DNA from: an uncultured Chloroflexia bacterium
Lineage (GTDB): Bacteria > Chloroflexota > Anaerolineae > JAAYZQ01
Reading direction: 5' to 3'
Assembly (NCBI GenBank): GCA_963700285.1
Contig: CAVOXA010000001.1
Span: 480,001 to 544,000 of the forward strand
Length of the DNA stretch: 64,000 nucleotides
In this document: one piece after another, positions 39,281 through 48,515 of the stretch
Layout: each line of letters begins with the position of its first letter
How positions within the stretch are numbered: position 1 is the stretch's first letter
Program-made: the position numbers and the translations under genes
The notes under the pieces: generated by a model
Database searches by the model: none
Told to the model about the DNA's origin: nothing
What the model saw: only the letters and a program-made list of their open reading frames with translations

Positions 39281-40768
39281 CTACTTTTCCATCACAGCCA
39301 AGTCGCGGTACGCTTTTCGTGGATAGAACTGGGGATAGTTGGGCAAGGCGATAGACCACCAGTATTGCTCGTCCTGCTCGGTCCATTCGACACTGGGCAT
39401 GTAGATCAAGCTCATGACGCCGATCCAAGGCTGCCAATGTTCCTTGGCATATTGGTAGGCTCTGACAAAATAGTCGGCTTGTTCTTCCTCGGTGACTGCG
39501 TGCCAGGCATAGGGCGAGTCCGGCCGCTCATCTATGGTCCAGCCGAATTCCAGCACAGCGACCTGTTTGTCACTGTCGCCGTGGTCCACCATGATCTGGC
39601 GCAAATCCTCGATGTGACGAAAACTGTAGATCCGGCATGGGTCCCCAGGACAATTCGGGTCGCCCCGGTTATGGAAGTTGGGATCGGCGGCCACCTCGCC
39701 TGGGTCCTTCTCCGGCGGGGATTTGTAGCCCGCACCATGAGCCCCCAAGACATCAAAGTACTGTTGGGCGCCGGCGGCATACATCTGTCTGAGGAATTCA
39801 GTGTCAGGCATGGCCACGTTGTCCGATCTGGTAGTAGGGGCCAACCCAGCGCTAATCACAGAAGCGTCCGGGTCAGCTTGTTTGATGGCCCCGTAGCATG
39901 TCTTCAGCAGTTCAACATAGCCCGCTGGATTGGGAGCGCTGCCACCCCATTCGCGTCTTAGGTTCGGCTCGTTCCAGACCTGGTAGGCGGCAATCCGTCC
40001 CTTGTAGCGGGTGGCAACCGCACCGCAATAATCAGCAAAATCCTGCAGGTTCTGGGGGGGACTCATGATGATGTTCTGGTTATTGGGATAGGCTTGACCC
40101 GTCGCCCAGGTCGGGTCGTTGTCCAGGCGAGCGATGAGGTGCAGCCCTCCCACGTTTTCGACCTGAGCCACGAGTCTGTCAGTGACGTCCCAGTCGAACT
40201 GGCCCTTACCCGTCCCCTCGATCTCGCGCCAGGCAAAACCCTGTTTCACCCAGCCAAAGCCAGCATCACGGACCATCTCCAGGTCGCGCTGGGCCACCTC
40301 AGGCCGCCACCAAAGAAAGGCTTGCATCCCATAATCCGGGGATTTCATCTTGACCATCCCACTGGAGGGCTGGGGTAGTGTAGGGGTGGGTTCTGGCACG
40401 CCCCCTGGCGGTGGGGTCTCTGATGGCGTTACCTCAGCGCTTGCTGTCCCAGAGAGTGGTGTTGGGAGGGGAGACTCCAAACTCGTCGCACCCGCTGGCG
40501 TCTGAGTTGCTGTGGGAGCGGCATCTGTGGCATCTGTGCTTGTTGCCGTCTCCACAGCGGAAACGACGGTTGGTGTGAACGTGGCGACAAGCGTTGCCGT
40601 GGGAGTGATGGCTGGCGCATCGGTGGCGGAGCTGCCACATGAGACGAGGGCGCCTATCCCCACAGAGACGGCCAGTATGAGCGCAAAGGTTAGATTGTGA
40701 GGGGTGAGGGTAATTCTTTTGTATCGCTTCTTGAGGCCCGATAGCGGCCTGGGATCCAACTGATTCAT
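39281..40768 (-). CDS. Clan GH-A (GH5/GH39-like) glycoside hydrolase lipoprotein with Pro/Thr stalk
   Basis: Lipobox LVSC; acid/base WNEPN; nucleophile LEFGW. Start uncertain. Confidence 0.8.
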   Translation of the reverse strand: MNQLDPRPLSGLKKRYKRITLTPHNLTFALILAVSVGIGALVSCGSSATDAPAITPTATLVATFTPTVVSAVETATSTDATDAAPTATQTPAGATSLESPLPTPLSGTASAEVTPSETPPPGGVPEPTPTLPQPSSGMVKMKSPDYGMQAFLWWRPEVAQRDLEMVRDAGFGWVKQGFAWREIEGTGKGQFDWDVTDRLVAQVENVGGLHLIARLDNDPTWATGQAYPNNQNIIMSPPQNLQDFADYCGAVATRYKGRIAAYQVWNEPNLRREWGGSAPNPAGYVELLKTCYGAIKQADPDASVISAGLAPTTRSDNVAMPDTEFLRQMYAAGAQQYFDVLGAHGAGYKSPPEKDPGEVAADPNFHNRGDPNCPGDPCRIYSFRHIEDLRQIMVDHGDSDKQVAVLEFGWTIDERPDSPYAWHAVTEEEQADYFVRAYQYAKEHWQPWIGVMSLIYMPSVEWTEQDEQYWWSIALPNYPQFYPRKAYRDLAVMEK

Positions 40769-40882
40769 CAAGCTCTCCGGCGTACCATAATGTCTGGGAC
40801 AGGCTACCGGAGCGATCGCGTCCTCGCCCCGGGTCCTGACCATAGCTTCTCGGTGTGTTTGCTGGGCCATTAGCAAAGCAGC

Positions 40883-40911
40883 ATTATAGCCAAAAAGCCA
40901 GATGTGGTCAA
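40883..40911 (-). promoter_or_regulatory. Sigma70-type promoter of the glycoside hydrolase
   Basis: Minus strand TTGACC-N17-TATAAT; argues against the track start at 40930. Confidence 0.65.
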
Positions 40912-40951
40912 GAAACGAGAGCGCCAGCATTTTCCAGACTGGCGCCCCGAT

Positions 40952-41003
40952 TTGACATCTATGACGCAGTGTGTTATATTCAAAACATGATGCACTGCGT
41001 CAT
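40952..41003 (+). promoter_or_regulatory. Phasin operon promoter overlapped by two palindromic operator copies (candidate PhaR sites)
   Basis: TTGACA-N17-TATATT; ATGACGCA-g-TGTGTTAT (40961-40977) and ATGATGCA-c-TGCGTCAT (40987-41003). Confidence 0.65.
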
Positions 41004-41121
41004 GCCGGATGTCACCGGCGCCGGTGGCAACGACGCGGGTTCAACGTGATGTCCAGTTGCCCGGCGCTGCATCATGATGGTTCACGTCTACCATTCAATC
41101 ATGGTTCTGGGAGGTGTTATG

Positions 41122-41529
41122 ATGGCCGAGGTGAAAGTTGTTGTCAATGATGTCCAAGCCGCTCCAGATGAAACAGAGGACATGGTGTTGCGGGAAGCAG
41201 CTCACAAGCTGTTCCTGGCCAGTGTTGGCGCGGTGGCCATGGTCCAGGACACGATGGTAGGATGTCTGGCCAGGTTTGTGGAACGGGGCGAGGTCGTAGA
41301 GCAGGAGGGCAGGCAACTGGTGCGCCAAAGGATGGAAAAGCGAAAGCACCAGGTTCGCAAGTTTGCAAGAAGGCAGGAAGAGGTCGCTATGGAGGCCGAT
41401 GTGGAGATGGAAGCAGAGGTTGAAGGGCTTTTGAACCGCATGAATGTGCCAACCAAGAGCGACATTGATGCCTTGGGCGCCCAAGTTGCCGAGCTAACCA
41501 AAAAGGTAGACGAGTTGAAACGGGCATAG
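41122..41529 (+). CDS. Phasin (PhaI/PhaF-like granule-associated protein)
   Basis: HKLFLASVGAVA, VERGE, RMNVPTKSDIDAL..V.EL..KVDEL. Confidence 0.8.
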   Translation: MAEVKVVVNDVQAAPDETEDMVLREAAHKLFLASVGAVAMVQDTMVGCLARFVERGEVVEQEGRQLVRQRMEKRKHQVRKFARRQEEVAMEADVEMEAEVEGLLNRMNVPTKSDIDALGAQVAELTKKVDELKRA

Positions 41530-41619
41530 ACTCTGGAGCGTGTCGTTCTTTCCGATGTGCCTTCCCAGAGAATGGACCACTCGAAGGGGAAGGCACGAAC
41601 AGACCTAGGAGGTGTAGCA

Positions 41620-42012
41620 ATGGCAGAAGAAGAACAGGCGGTTGAAGTAGAAGATGCAGCCGAGATCGAAGCAGAGGTAGCAGAGGAGATGGAGCGCAAT
41701 ACCGTGTTGGGATTGGCGCACAAAGTGTTACTGGCTGGAATTGGCGCCGTAGCCCTGACGCAGGAAGAGGTGGAGAGGTTTGTCGGCAAGCTCGTCGAGC
41801 GGGGTGAGATCGCTGAGCAGGATGGTAAGAAGCTGGTCGGCGATGTGATGGAAAGGCGCAAGAAGGAGGCCAAGAAGGCGGAAGGAGAGCTGGACAAGAG
41901 GCTCGAAGATCTCTTGGACCGAATGAATGTGCCGACCAAAAGCGACATCGACGCCTTGAGCGTCAAGATCACCGAATTGAGCAAAAAGGTGGACGAGCTA
42001 AAAGAATCGTAG
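41620..42012 (+). CDS. Phasin (PhaI/PhaF-like), paralog of the upstream gene
   Basis: HKVLLAGIGAVAL, LVERGEIAEQDG, RMNVPTKSDIDAL; GGAGGTG RBS. Confidence 0.85.
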   Translation: MAEEEQAVEVEDAAEIEAEVAEEMERNTVLGLAHKVLLAGIGAVALTQEEVERFVGKLVERGEIAEQDGKKLVGDVMERRKKEAKKAEGELDKRLEDLLDRMNVPTKSDIDALSVKITELSKKVDELKES

Positions 42013-42144
42013 GCATGTCCAATCCTAGAATTGGGAGACGGGACCCTAGTCCCGCCTCCCTCTTTGCTTTCTGGAGCTGCCGGCTACGTTTCATCAGGCG
42101 GGTCACCCTCACTGAACGCCGGAGAAAGCCAGAGGAGCCGGATC

Positions 42145-42699
42145 GTGCGGGCCATCAAACGCTATCCCAACCGAAAACTCTATGATACTGCGGCCAAGCA
42201 CTATATCACGCTGGACGGAATCGCTCTGCTTATTCGCGAAGGGCAGGAGGTCAGGGTTGTGGATCATGCCACAGGCGAAGATTTGACTGCGCTGACGCTC
42301 ACGCAGGTCATCTTTGAGCAGGAGAGGAAGCGGAGTGGTTTCCTGCCCCAGTCGGTGTTGACCGGTTTGATCCAGGCTGGGGGCGAGACCGTGGGCACGC
42401 TGCGGCGTACACTCGCCGCCCCGCTGGATATGGCGCGGCAGGTGGACGAAGAGATCGAACGACGGCTCCAGACGCTCATCGGTCGCGGGGAGCTGGCTGC
42501 CGAAGAAGGGCGGCGCCTGCGCGACCAACTCATGGCCCGTAGTCAGGTGCAGCCTTTGAGGCTGGCCCTCAGCGAAGAGGACCTGAAGGAGGCTCTGGTT
42601 AGGCGCAAGGTTCCGACCCGAGAGGATCTGCAAAGAGTTCTCGAGCAGTTGGAGACCCTGACCGCAAAACTGGAGAGTGTTTTCCCTCAGCCGGAGTAG
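42145..42699 (+). CDS. phaR: PhaR-type PHA synthesis regulator DNA-binding domain fused to a phasin-like C-terminus
   Basis: [32 protein letters not shown]; C-half [12 protein letters not shown]...VPTREDL. Confidence 0.8.
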   Translation: MRAIKRYPNRKLYDTAAKHYITLDGIALLIREGQEVRVVDHATGEDLTALTLTQVIFEQERKRSGFLPQSVLTGLIQAGGETVGTLRRTLAAPLDMARQVDEEIERRLQTLIGRGELAAEEGRRLRDQLMARSQVQPLRLALSEEDLKEALVRRKVPTREDLQRVLEQLETLTAKLESVFPQPE

Positions 42700-42724
42700 A
42701 TGAGCCTGCTCTCCAGTACTCCTG

Positions 42725-43237
42725 CTAGTCTTGATCCTCAGAGTCAGGATGCCGGTCGGCTCCCTTTCTGCCCTGCAAAAGATCGATGGCGTGCGGCAGA
42801 GCGGGCAGGATCGCCTCCAAATTCTCGCGTACAGCTTTGGGGCTTCCCGGCAGGTTCACGATGAGCGTCCGGCCACGTATGCCGGCCACCGCTCGCGAGA
42901 GCATGGCGTGAGGCGTGATCTGCAGGCTCGCCGCACGCATAGCCTCGGCCAGGCCAGGGGCTTCCCGCTGTATCACATCCCGTGTGGCCTCGGGCGTGAC
43001 ATCGCGGGGAGCAAAGCCGGTACCACCGGTGGTCAGTACCAGATCCAACTTCACCTCATCCGCCCAAGTCTTTAGCGTTCCAGCGATTGTGAGTTGCTCG
43101 TCAGGTACGATAGATTCTATCTCCACCGTGGCCGCCAATTCCTCTGTAATCAGTCTGTGGATGGCTGGACCACTCAGGTCCCTGTACGCTCCATGGTAGC
43201 CGCGGTCGCTGATCGTCAGGATGCCGGTTCTGATCAA
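42725..43237 (-). CDS. mog: Molybdopterin adenylyltransferase (MogA/MoaB family)
   Basis: [40 protein letters not shown]; TTG start after AAGGAGAGG. Confidence 0.9.
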   Translation of the reverse strand: MIRTGILTISDRGYHGAYRDLSGPAIHRLITEELAATVEIESIVPDEQLTIAGTLKTWADEVKLDLVLTTGGTGFAPRDVTPEATRDVIQREAPGLAEAMRAASLQITPHAMLSRAVAGIRGRTLIVNLPGSPKAVRENLEAILPALPHAIDLLQGRKGADRHPDSEDQD

Positions 43238-43490
43238 TCTTCCTCTCCTTTCTCTCTGGCCGCAGCAACTGCCACTAGTATGTGCGCGAGAATGAGTGCA
43301 TCTTTGGCAAATAGGTAGAAGCCGGCAGCCAGCGAACACCAGCACAGGAGAACCTTGCCGTCTCCCTGTCTTTGCTGGCAGCAACAGGCAGGGAGAATCC
43401 TTGGCTCTCCTGTGGACAAGGCGGCCAGGTGCTTGGTTCGTGTTCCAAGGCTCAGGGGCGCGAACCAGCAGACCGGACTCGGGCGAGGAA

Positions 43491-45233
43491 CTACGAGTTA
43501 TTGTCCTGGGTGTCTGACTCCTCCTCCAGGAACAGGCGCCACGAGCCATCTATGCCATCTTCGGTCACGCCATAGTAAACGTGGATCTGGCCATCAGGCA
43601 TTCGCTGGACCAGATCGTACCGCACCTTGCCCGCCCGTTTTGAGGATTTCCACAGCCCCAGACGCTCGTCCTCAGCATGCCATTGGACCTCGTCCTCTTG
43701 GACTGGTTTGGTTTCCTGCTCGGTGATGGCGTAGCGCCAGAGCTTGCGAGCCGAAGAACGGGTGACGTTGCGTACGACGCTGCCGTTGCGAAGGTCTTTC
43801 ATTGTATGATAGAGGGCACCCCGGCGTTCGGTGCTTTCTACAATCTGTACCCCGGTTCCCGGTGGCTCCACGGCCCCAGGTGGTGTGTCCGTCTCTACCA
43901 TAGCCTGTGCTGCGTCGGGGCAAGGTTCTGGTTCAGCTACCAGCGTGCGTTTGACCAGAGCCACGATCTCGTCGCGCATAGCGACACTGGTCTGTGCCTC
44001 TTGCCGCACATAGATGCTGGTGCCGTCGATGGTGTATGGCACGTCTTCGCCTAGAGGTACGCTGAGTTGGAGTACCATCCGGCCAAGGGTCTCGACCGTC
44101 GTGATCTCGACTTCCAGGGGAGGCGCAATCTTGCGCTGGAATTCACCCTTTAGTGTAGCGCTGGCCTCATCAGGCTTGGCTACGCCGACCGGCAGTCCCT
44201 TGGGATCGGCTTTGACGCCCACATAGACCGTACCCCCATTGGTGTTGGCCATGGCGACGACGTCGCGCAGGATGGCATGCAGCCGTCCGCCCTGCTTGGC
44301 CATGCTTTCGTGGAACGCCTGCACGATGCTGGGGCCCTCTTCGCGGGCCGCTTGGACATGGTCAAAGGGGGCTTTTGTCGGGCGATAGGGACGCGTTCGG
44401 GAGAAATCCTCGCTCACAAACACGGCCTTGATGGCCTCAAAGCTCGGCTCGGGCAGCAAGATCTCTGTCACGCGGTCGCCCCATCCCAGGCGTTTGGGGT
44501 CGCTGGGGTGTTGGGTCAGGCGGTGGGCGTCGGAGCCCTGGATGCAGTGCATCCGACGGGGATATTCGGGCTTTCGCCCGCTAAAGAACCAGGCGGTCGT
44601 CCGCTGCCCCTTCTTCTCAAGATCGGTGACCTCCAGGGCGTGAAGGTGCCGGTCCTGGGTAAATGCGATTCGCGTCTGCCCGCCAAAATCGAGCCCTCGC
44701 ATGGCCACGCCGTGGGTAGAGTTGGCGTGGGCGGCGATGACCAGGCCCCCGGCTTCATCGATCACCCGATAGGCGGTCAGGACGTCGGTGGTTGCTCCCA
44801 CCTCGGTCGCGCCCTCATCCAGTTTGTCATCCGAGACGTTCAACTCAATGAGCAGATGCTCCAGACTGCGGACGCTGGTCTCCTGGGGGAAGATCGCCAG
44901 TATGTGAAATCCCATGGTCGCCGTGAACTCAAAGCCGGGTAATACCAGAATCTTGTTCCCAATGCGCCGGAATTCAGCCAGTCGGCGTTTCTCTTCCGGG
45001 TCGATGCGTCCCAATCGCTCGAGGAGTTGAAGCTGTTCAATTTCCTCCTGGAGGGCAGCACACCCGGCAACGGTGTTATGGTCAGTAATGGCCAGTATAT
45101 CTAGCCCTCGCATCTCCGCCTGGTGCAACAGATCCAAATATCTGACACCCGGCTCGTGCCAGTCGGCTGAAGCAGGCGTGTGGAGATGCACATCCATCTT
45201 GTACCACTGCATCTGTATCTTCTTTTTTGCCAC
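43491..45233 (-). CDS. PHP phosphoesterase domain + AlbA_2 (Schlafen-like) domain + unknown C-terminal domain
   Basis: [25 protein letters not shown]; [15 protein letters not shown] and YVR...TS AlbA_2 signature. Confidence 0.8.
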   Translation of the reverse strand: MAKKKIQMQWYKMDVHLHTPASADWHEPGVRYLDLLHQAEMRGLDILAITDHNTVAGCAALQEEIEQLQLLERLGRIDPEEKRRLAEFRRIGNKILVLPGFEFTATMGFHILAIFPQETSVRSLEHLLIELNVSDDKLDEGATEVGATTDVLTAYRVIDEAGGLVIAAHANSTHGVAMRGLDFGGQTRIAFTQDRHLHALEVTDLEKKGQRTTAWFFSGRKPEYPRRMHCIQGSDAHRLTQHPSDPKRLGWGDRVTEILLPEPSFEAIKAVFVSEDFSRTRPYRPTKAPFDHVQAAREEGPSIVQAFHESMAKQGGRLHAILRDVVAMANTNGGTVYVGVKADPKGLPVGVAKPDEASATLKGEFQRKIAPPLEVEITTVETLGRMVLQLSVPLGEDVPYTIDGTSIYVRQEAQTSVAMRDEIVALVKRTLVAEPEPCPDAAQAMVETDTPPGAVEPPGTGVQIVESTERRGALYHTMKDLRNGSVVRNVTRSSARKLWRYAITEQETKPVQEDEVQWHAEDERLGLWKSSKRAGKVRYDLVQRMPDGQIHVYYGVTEDGIDGSWRLFLEEESDTQDNNS

Positions 45234-45274
45234 TGTAACTCCTCAATGATAGTCAATTGCCCAATAGCCTGTGC

Positions 45275-47840
45275 TCAATCTTCCGTGATGATCACCTCCT
45301 CAATCTCAAGATCGGTGTCTTCCGATTCCACTACATCTGGTGCCACTGGCTCAACTGGGGCCGCTCCCTCGCGCAGGGCAGCTGCAAAAACGTCGTCCAC
45401 CCATTCGGCAAAGACAAAGTTCATCTTGTTGCGGATCTCTTCTGGGATATCCTCTAGGTCAGGCTCGTTGCGCTGAGGCAGGATGACCGTGTCGATGCCT
45501 ACCCGGCTGGCGCCCAGGACCTTCTGCTTGATGCCACCCACGGGTAGCACCTGGCCGCGAAGGGTGATCTCGCCCGTCATAGCCACATCCGCTCGGACGC
45601 TGCGTTCTGTCAACAACGAAACGATGGCCGTGGCCATCGTCACGCCGGCCGACGGCCCGTCTTTGGGCACCGCACCAGCTGGCACGTGGATGTGTAGATC
45701 GCTCTTGGCAATAACCTGCTCATTAATGCCCAGCTCGCTGGCCTTGGAGCGCACATAGCTGACCGCGGCCTGGGCCGACTCTTTCATCACATCGCCAAGT
45801 TTCCCGGTCAGGATCAGCTGCTTGTTGCCTGGCATGCGGGTCGCCTCGATGAAGGTGATATCACCGCCCGTCGGCGTCCAGACCAGACCGGTTGCTACGC
45901 CTGGTACCTCGGTCCGCTCGGCTGGTTCAAAGTAGATGCGCGGTTTGCCCAGATAGGTACTCAGGCCATCTGCCTCGACATGCACCGAGGCACTTTCCTC
46001 TTCGGCTACTTTTGTGGCGACCTTGCGACACACGGTACCGATCTGTCGTTCCAGATTGCGCACGCCAGCTTCCCGGGTATAGTCGCGGACAATGTTGCGC
46101 ATGGCTTCGTCAGTGAATGTGATCTCGTCGGTACGCAGTGAGTTCTCCCGGATCTGGCGGGGGAGCAGGTATTGCTGGGCGATGCGTATCTTTTCGTCCG
46201 TCGGTATAGCCATCCAGCTCCAGGATCTCCATCCGATCACGAAGCGGCGCCGGAATGGTCGATAGCATGTTGGCCGTAGTGACAAACATCACCTGGCTCA
46301 GGTCAAAGGGTACGTCCAGGTAGTGGTCGCGGAAATCACGGTTCTGCTCGGGATCCAGTACCTCCAACAGGGCTGACGAGGGATCGCCCCGCCAGTCAGA
46401 GCCTACCTTGTCGATCTCGTCGAGCATAAAGACCGGGTTCTTGGTGCCCACTCGCTTCAAGCCCTGGATGATCCGCCCTGGCATAGCGCCAATATAGGTC
46501 CGGCGGTGCCCCCGGATCTCGGCCTCGTCGCGCATGCCACCTAGGCTCATACGGATGAACTTGCGGCCCATGGCCCGGGCAATGGAGCGGCCCAGGCTGG
46601 TCTTGCCTGTGCCTGGTGGACCGACGAAGCACAGGATTACGCCCTCCCGTTCCTCGCGAATATGGTCCTGCAGTTCGTCCTGCCCCCGCTCCTCCCGTCG
46701 ATCCAGCTTGAGCTTGCGTACGGCCAGGTATTCCAGGATGCGATCCTTGATATCCTCCAGGTCATAGTGGTCCTCGTCCAGCACCTGGCGAGCGTGGCTG
46801 ATGTCCAACTGATCCTCGGTGGCTACCTGCCAGGGCATATCGGTCAGCCAATCCAGATAGGTCTTGATGACCGAATACTCGGCTGCCTGGGGTGGCATCT
46901 TTTCCATACGGCCCAGCTCGCGCTGGGCCTCCTTCTCTGCCTCCTCCGGCATTCCAGACTCGGCGATCTTTTTGCGGTATTCCTCGATCTCGAGCGTCTG
47001 CTCATCCTCTTCGCCCAGTTCCTTCTGGATGGCCTTGAGTTGCTCCCGCAAGAAATAATCGCGTTGCATCTTTTCCATCTCGGACTGCGCTTCGGTCTGG
47101 ATCTTGCGCCCCAGCTCCAAGACCTCCAGCTCCTTGGTGAGAAGGGACGTCAGCTTGAGGAACTTTTCGCGGATGCTATCGATCTCTAGAATAGCCTGGG
47201 CGTTGGGGAGTTCCATCCGGACGTTGGTGGCGATAAAGTAAACCAACTGGCGGGGATCATCGAGATTGATGGCTGCCATCAGCAGTTCGTCAGGCAGTTG
47301 TGAGACAAGCGATACCAACCGGCGCAGGAGATCCGTGGTATTGCGCGTCAGTGCTTCAATCTCTAATTTGCCTTCGTCGCTGAGGTTGTCGAGTGACTCG
47401 TCAGGCCTGACTGTCACGCGCGCCTTCAAGTAGGGTACGTTGCCCGTCCACGCGTCGATGTGGATGCGCTCCACTCCCTGCACCAACAGGCGGACAGTAC
47501 CGTCGGGTGCCTTGATCATGCGATGAATCGTCGCTGCAACGCCAACCTCGTATACGTCCTCAGGTCCTGGTTCCTCCATCTCCGCATCGCGGGCGGCTAC
47601 CAGGCCGATCATCTGCTTGTTCACGGTGGCATCGTCGACCAACTGGATGGAGCGAGGTTGCCCTACATTGAGAGCCTGGAAGGTGAGTGGGTAGACCACC
47701 ACGCCGCGCAGAGGCAAGATCGCCAGTTCTTCAGGGACTGCGGTTTTCTCGTCTTCATTGGCGCCATCGAGTTCATCCGGGTTCGCTGTAGCTGTTTTAT
47801 GTTCGGGCAGGATGGCTTTGTAGTCATTTTTCTCTGTCAT
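45275..47840 (-). CDS. lon: ATP-dependent Lon protease; one +1 frameshift near 46200
   Basis: LON N-domain, [34 protein letters not shown] (catalytic Ser), VGGIKQK (Lys). Confidence 0.96.
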
Positions 47841-47856
47841 CTATCCGCTTCCTCCA

Positions 47857-48315
47857 CTACCAGGATTCCTCTGTCAGCTCCACGGCCTGGTTCACGACCG
47901 GTACCTGGTGTGGCTTGGCCTTGGGCAGGCGTACAACCAGAAAGCCCTGTTGGTAAGTGGCCTCGATGTCGTCCTCATCGATCGCCCTGAGTAAAAGCGC
48001 GTGGGTCTCAAATTGCCCATACAGGATCTCCATCTGCTGGTAGCTCAGCTTGGCGGCTGGATCACGCCGTGTGCCGCTTATGCTCAGTTTGTTGCCCTCC
48101 AGCGAGATGCTAAAATCCCCCTCGGCCATTCCGGCAATTTCGACTTTGACGATCACACAATCGTCGGTCTCGTACACATCTGTGGGTGGGCACCATGTTT
48201 GGTGCTGTCTGGTCGAGACCCAACGCTGACCAGGCATATTCTCGCGCAATACGCCCAGCATTTCTACATGTATGTGGTCCACGCTCGTACCTGCTTCCTG
48301 TTGACTTTCCCTCAT
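47857..48315 (-). CDS. Hsp20/alpha-crystallin small heat-shock protein
   Basis: PPTDVYET, VEIAG, EILYGQF, ATYQQGFLVVRLPK; GGGAG RBS. Confidence 0.88.
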   Translation of the reverse strand: MRESQQEAGTSVDHIHVEMLGVLRENMPGQRWVSTRQHQTWCPPTDVYETDDCVIVKVEIAGMAEGDFSISLEGNKLSISGTRRDPAAKLSYQQMEILYGQFETHALLLRAIDEDDIEATYQQGFLVVRLPKAKPHQVPVVNQAVELTEESW

Positions 48316-48390
48316 AATACTCCCTCATGCGTTTCTGGTCTGTAGGTCATCCCACCTTGCTCGAGACATGCAGCGGGGGCCTGCCACTCT

Positions 48391-48419
48391 ATTTTACCAC
48401 AACTATTCATACTATTCAA
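48391..48419 (-). promoter_or_regulatory. Sigma70-type promoter for hsp20-lon
   Basis: Minus strand TTGAAT-N17-TAAAAT with extended TG. Confidence 0.5.
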
Positions 48420-48515
48420 GCCCTTGTCTACTGTGAGACGCAGCTTGGGCCAGCGACCGACCTATAGTATAATCCGACGAGGTTGGGCCAGGGTTACGGG
48501 ATAGGAGGGAACAGT

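Noticed and set aside
41013-41026. Perfect palindrome caccggcgccggtg in the phasin leader
   Set aside because: All-GC core that can arise by chance; it may be an mRNA hairpin but nothing supports a separate function.
41202-41984. 260-aa minus-strand ORF with an internal repeat
   Set aside because: Antisense shadow of the two duplicated phasin genes; Ser-rich and without motifs.
367-47840. Programmed frameshifting or phase variation explaining the split genes
   Set aside because: No slippery heptamers or long homopolymers at most sites, and the affected genes are unrelated; sequencing error is more parsimonious.
48380-48420. CIRCE or HspR heat-shock operator upstream of hsp20-lon
   Set aside because: Only weak half-site resemblance (gagtggcag, cttgaat); no properly spaced inverted repeat.
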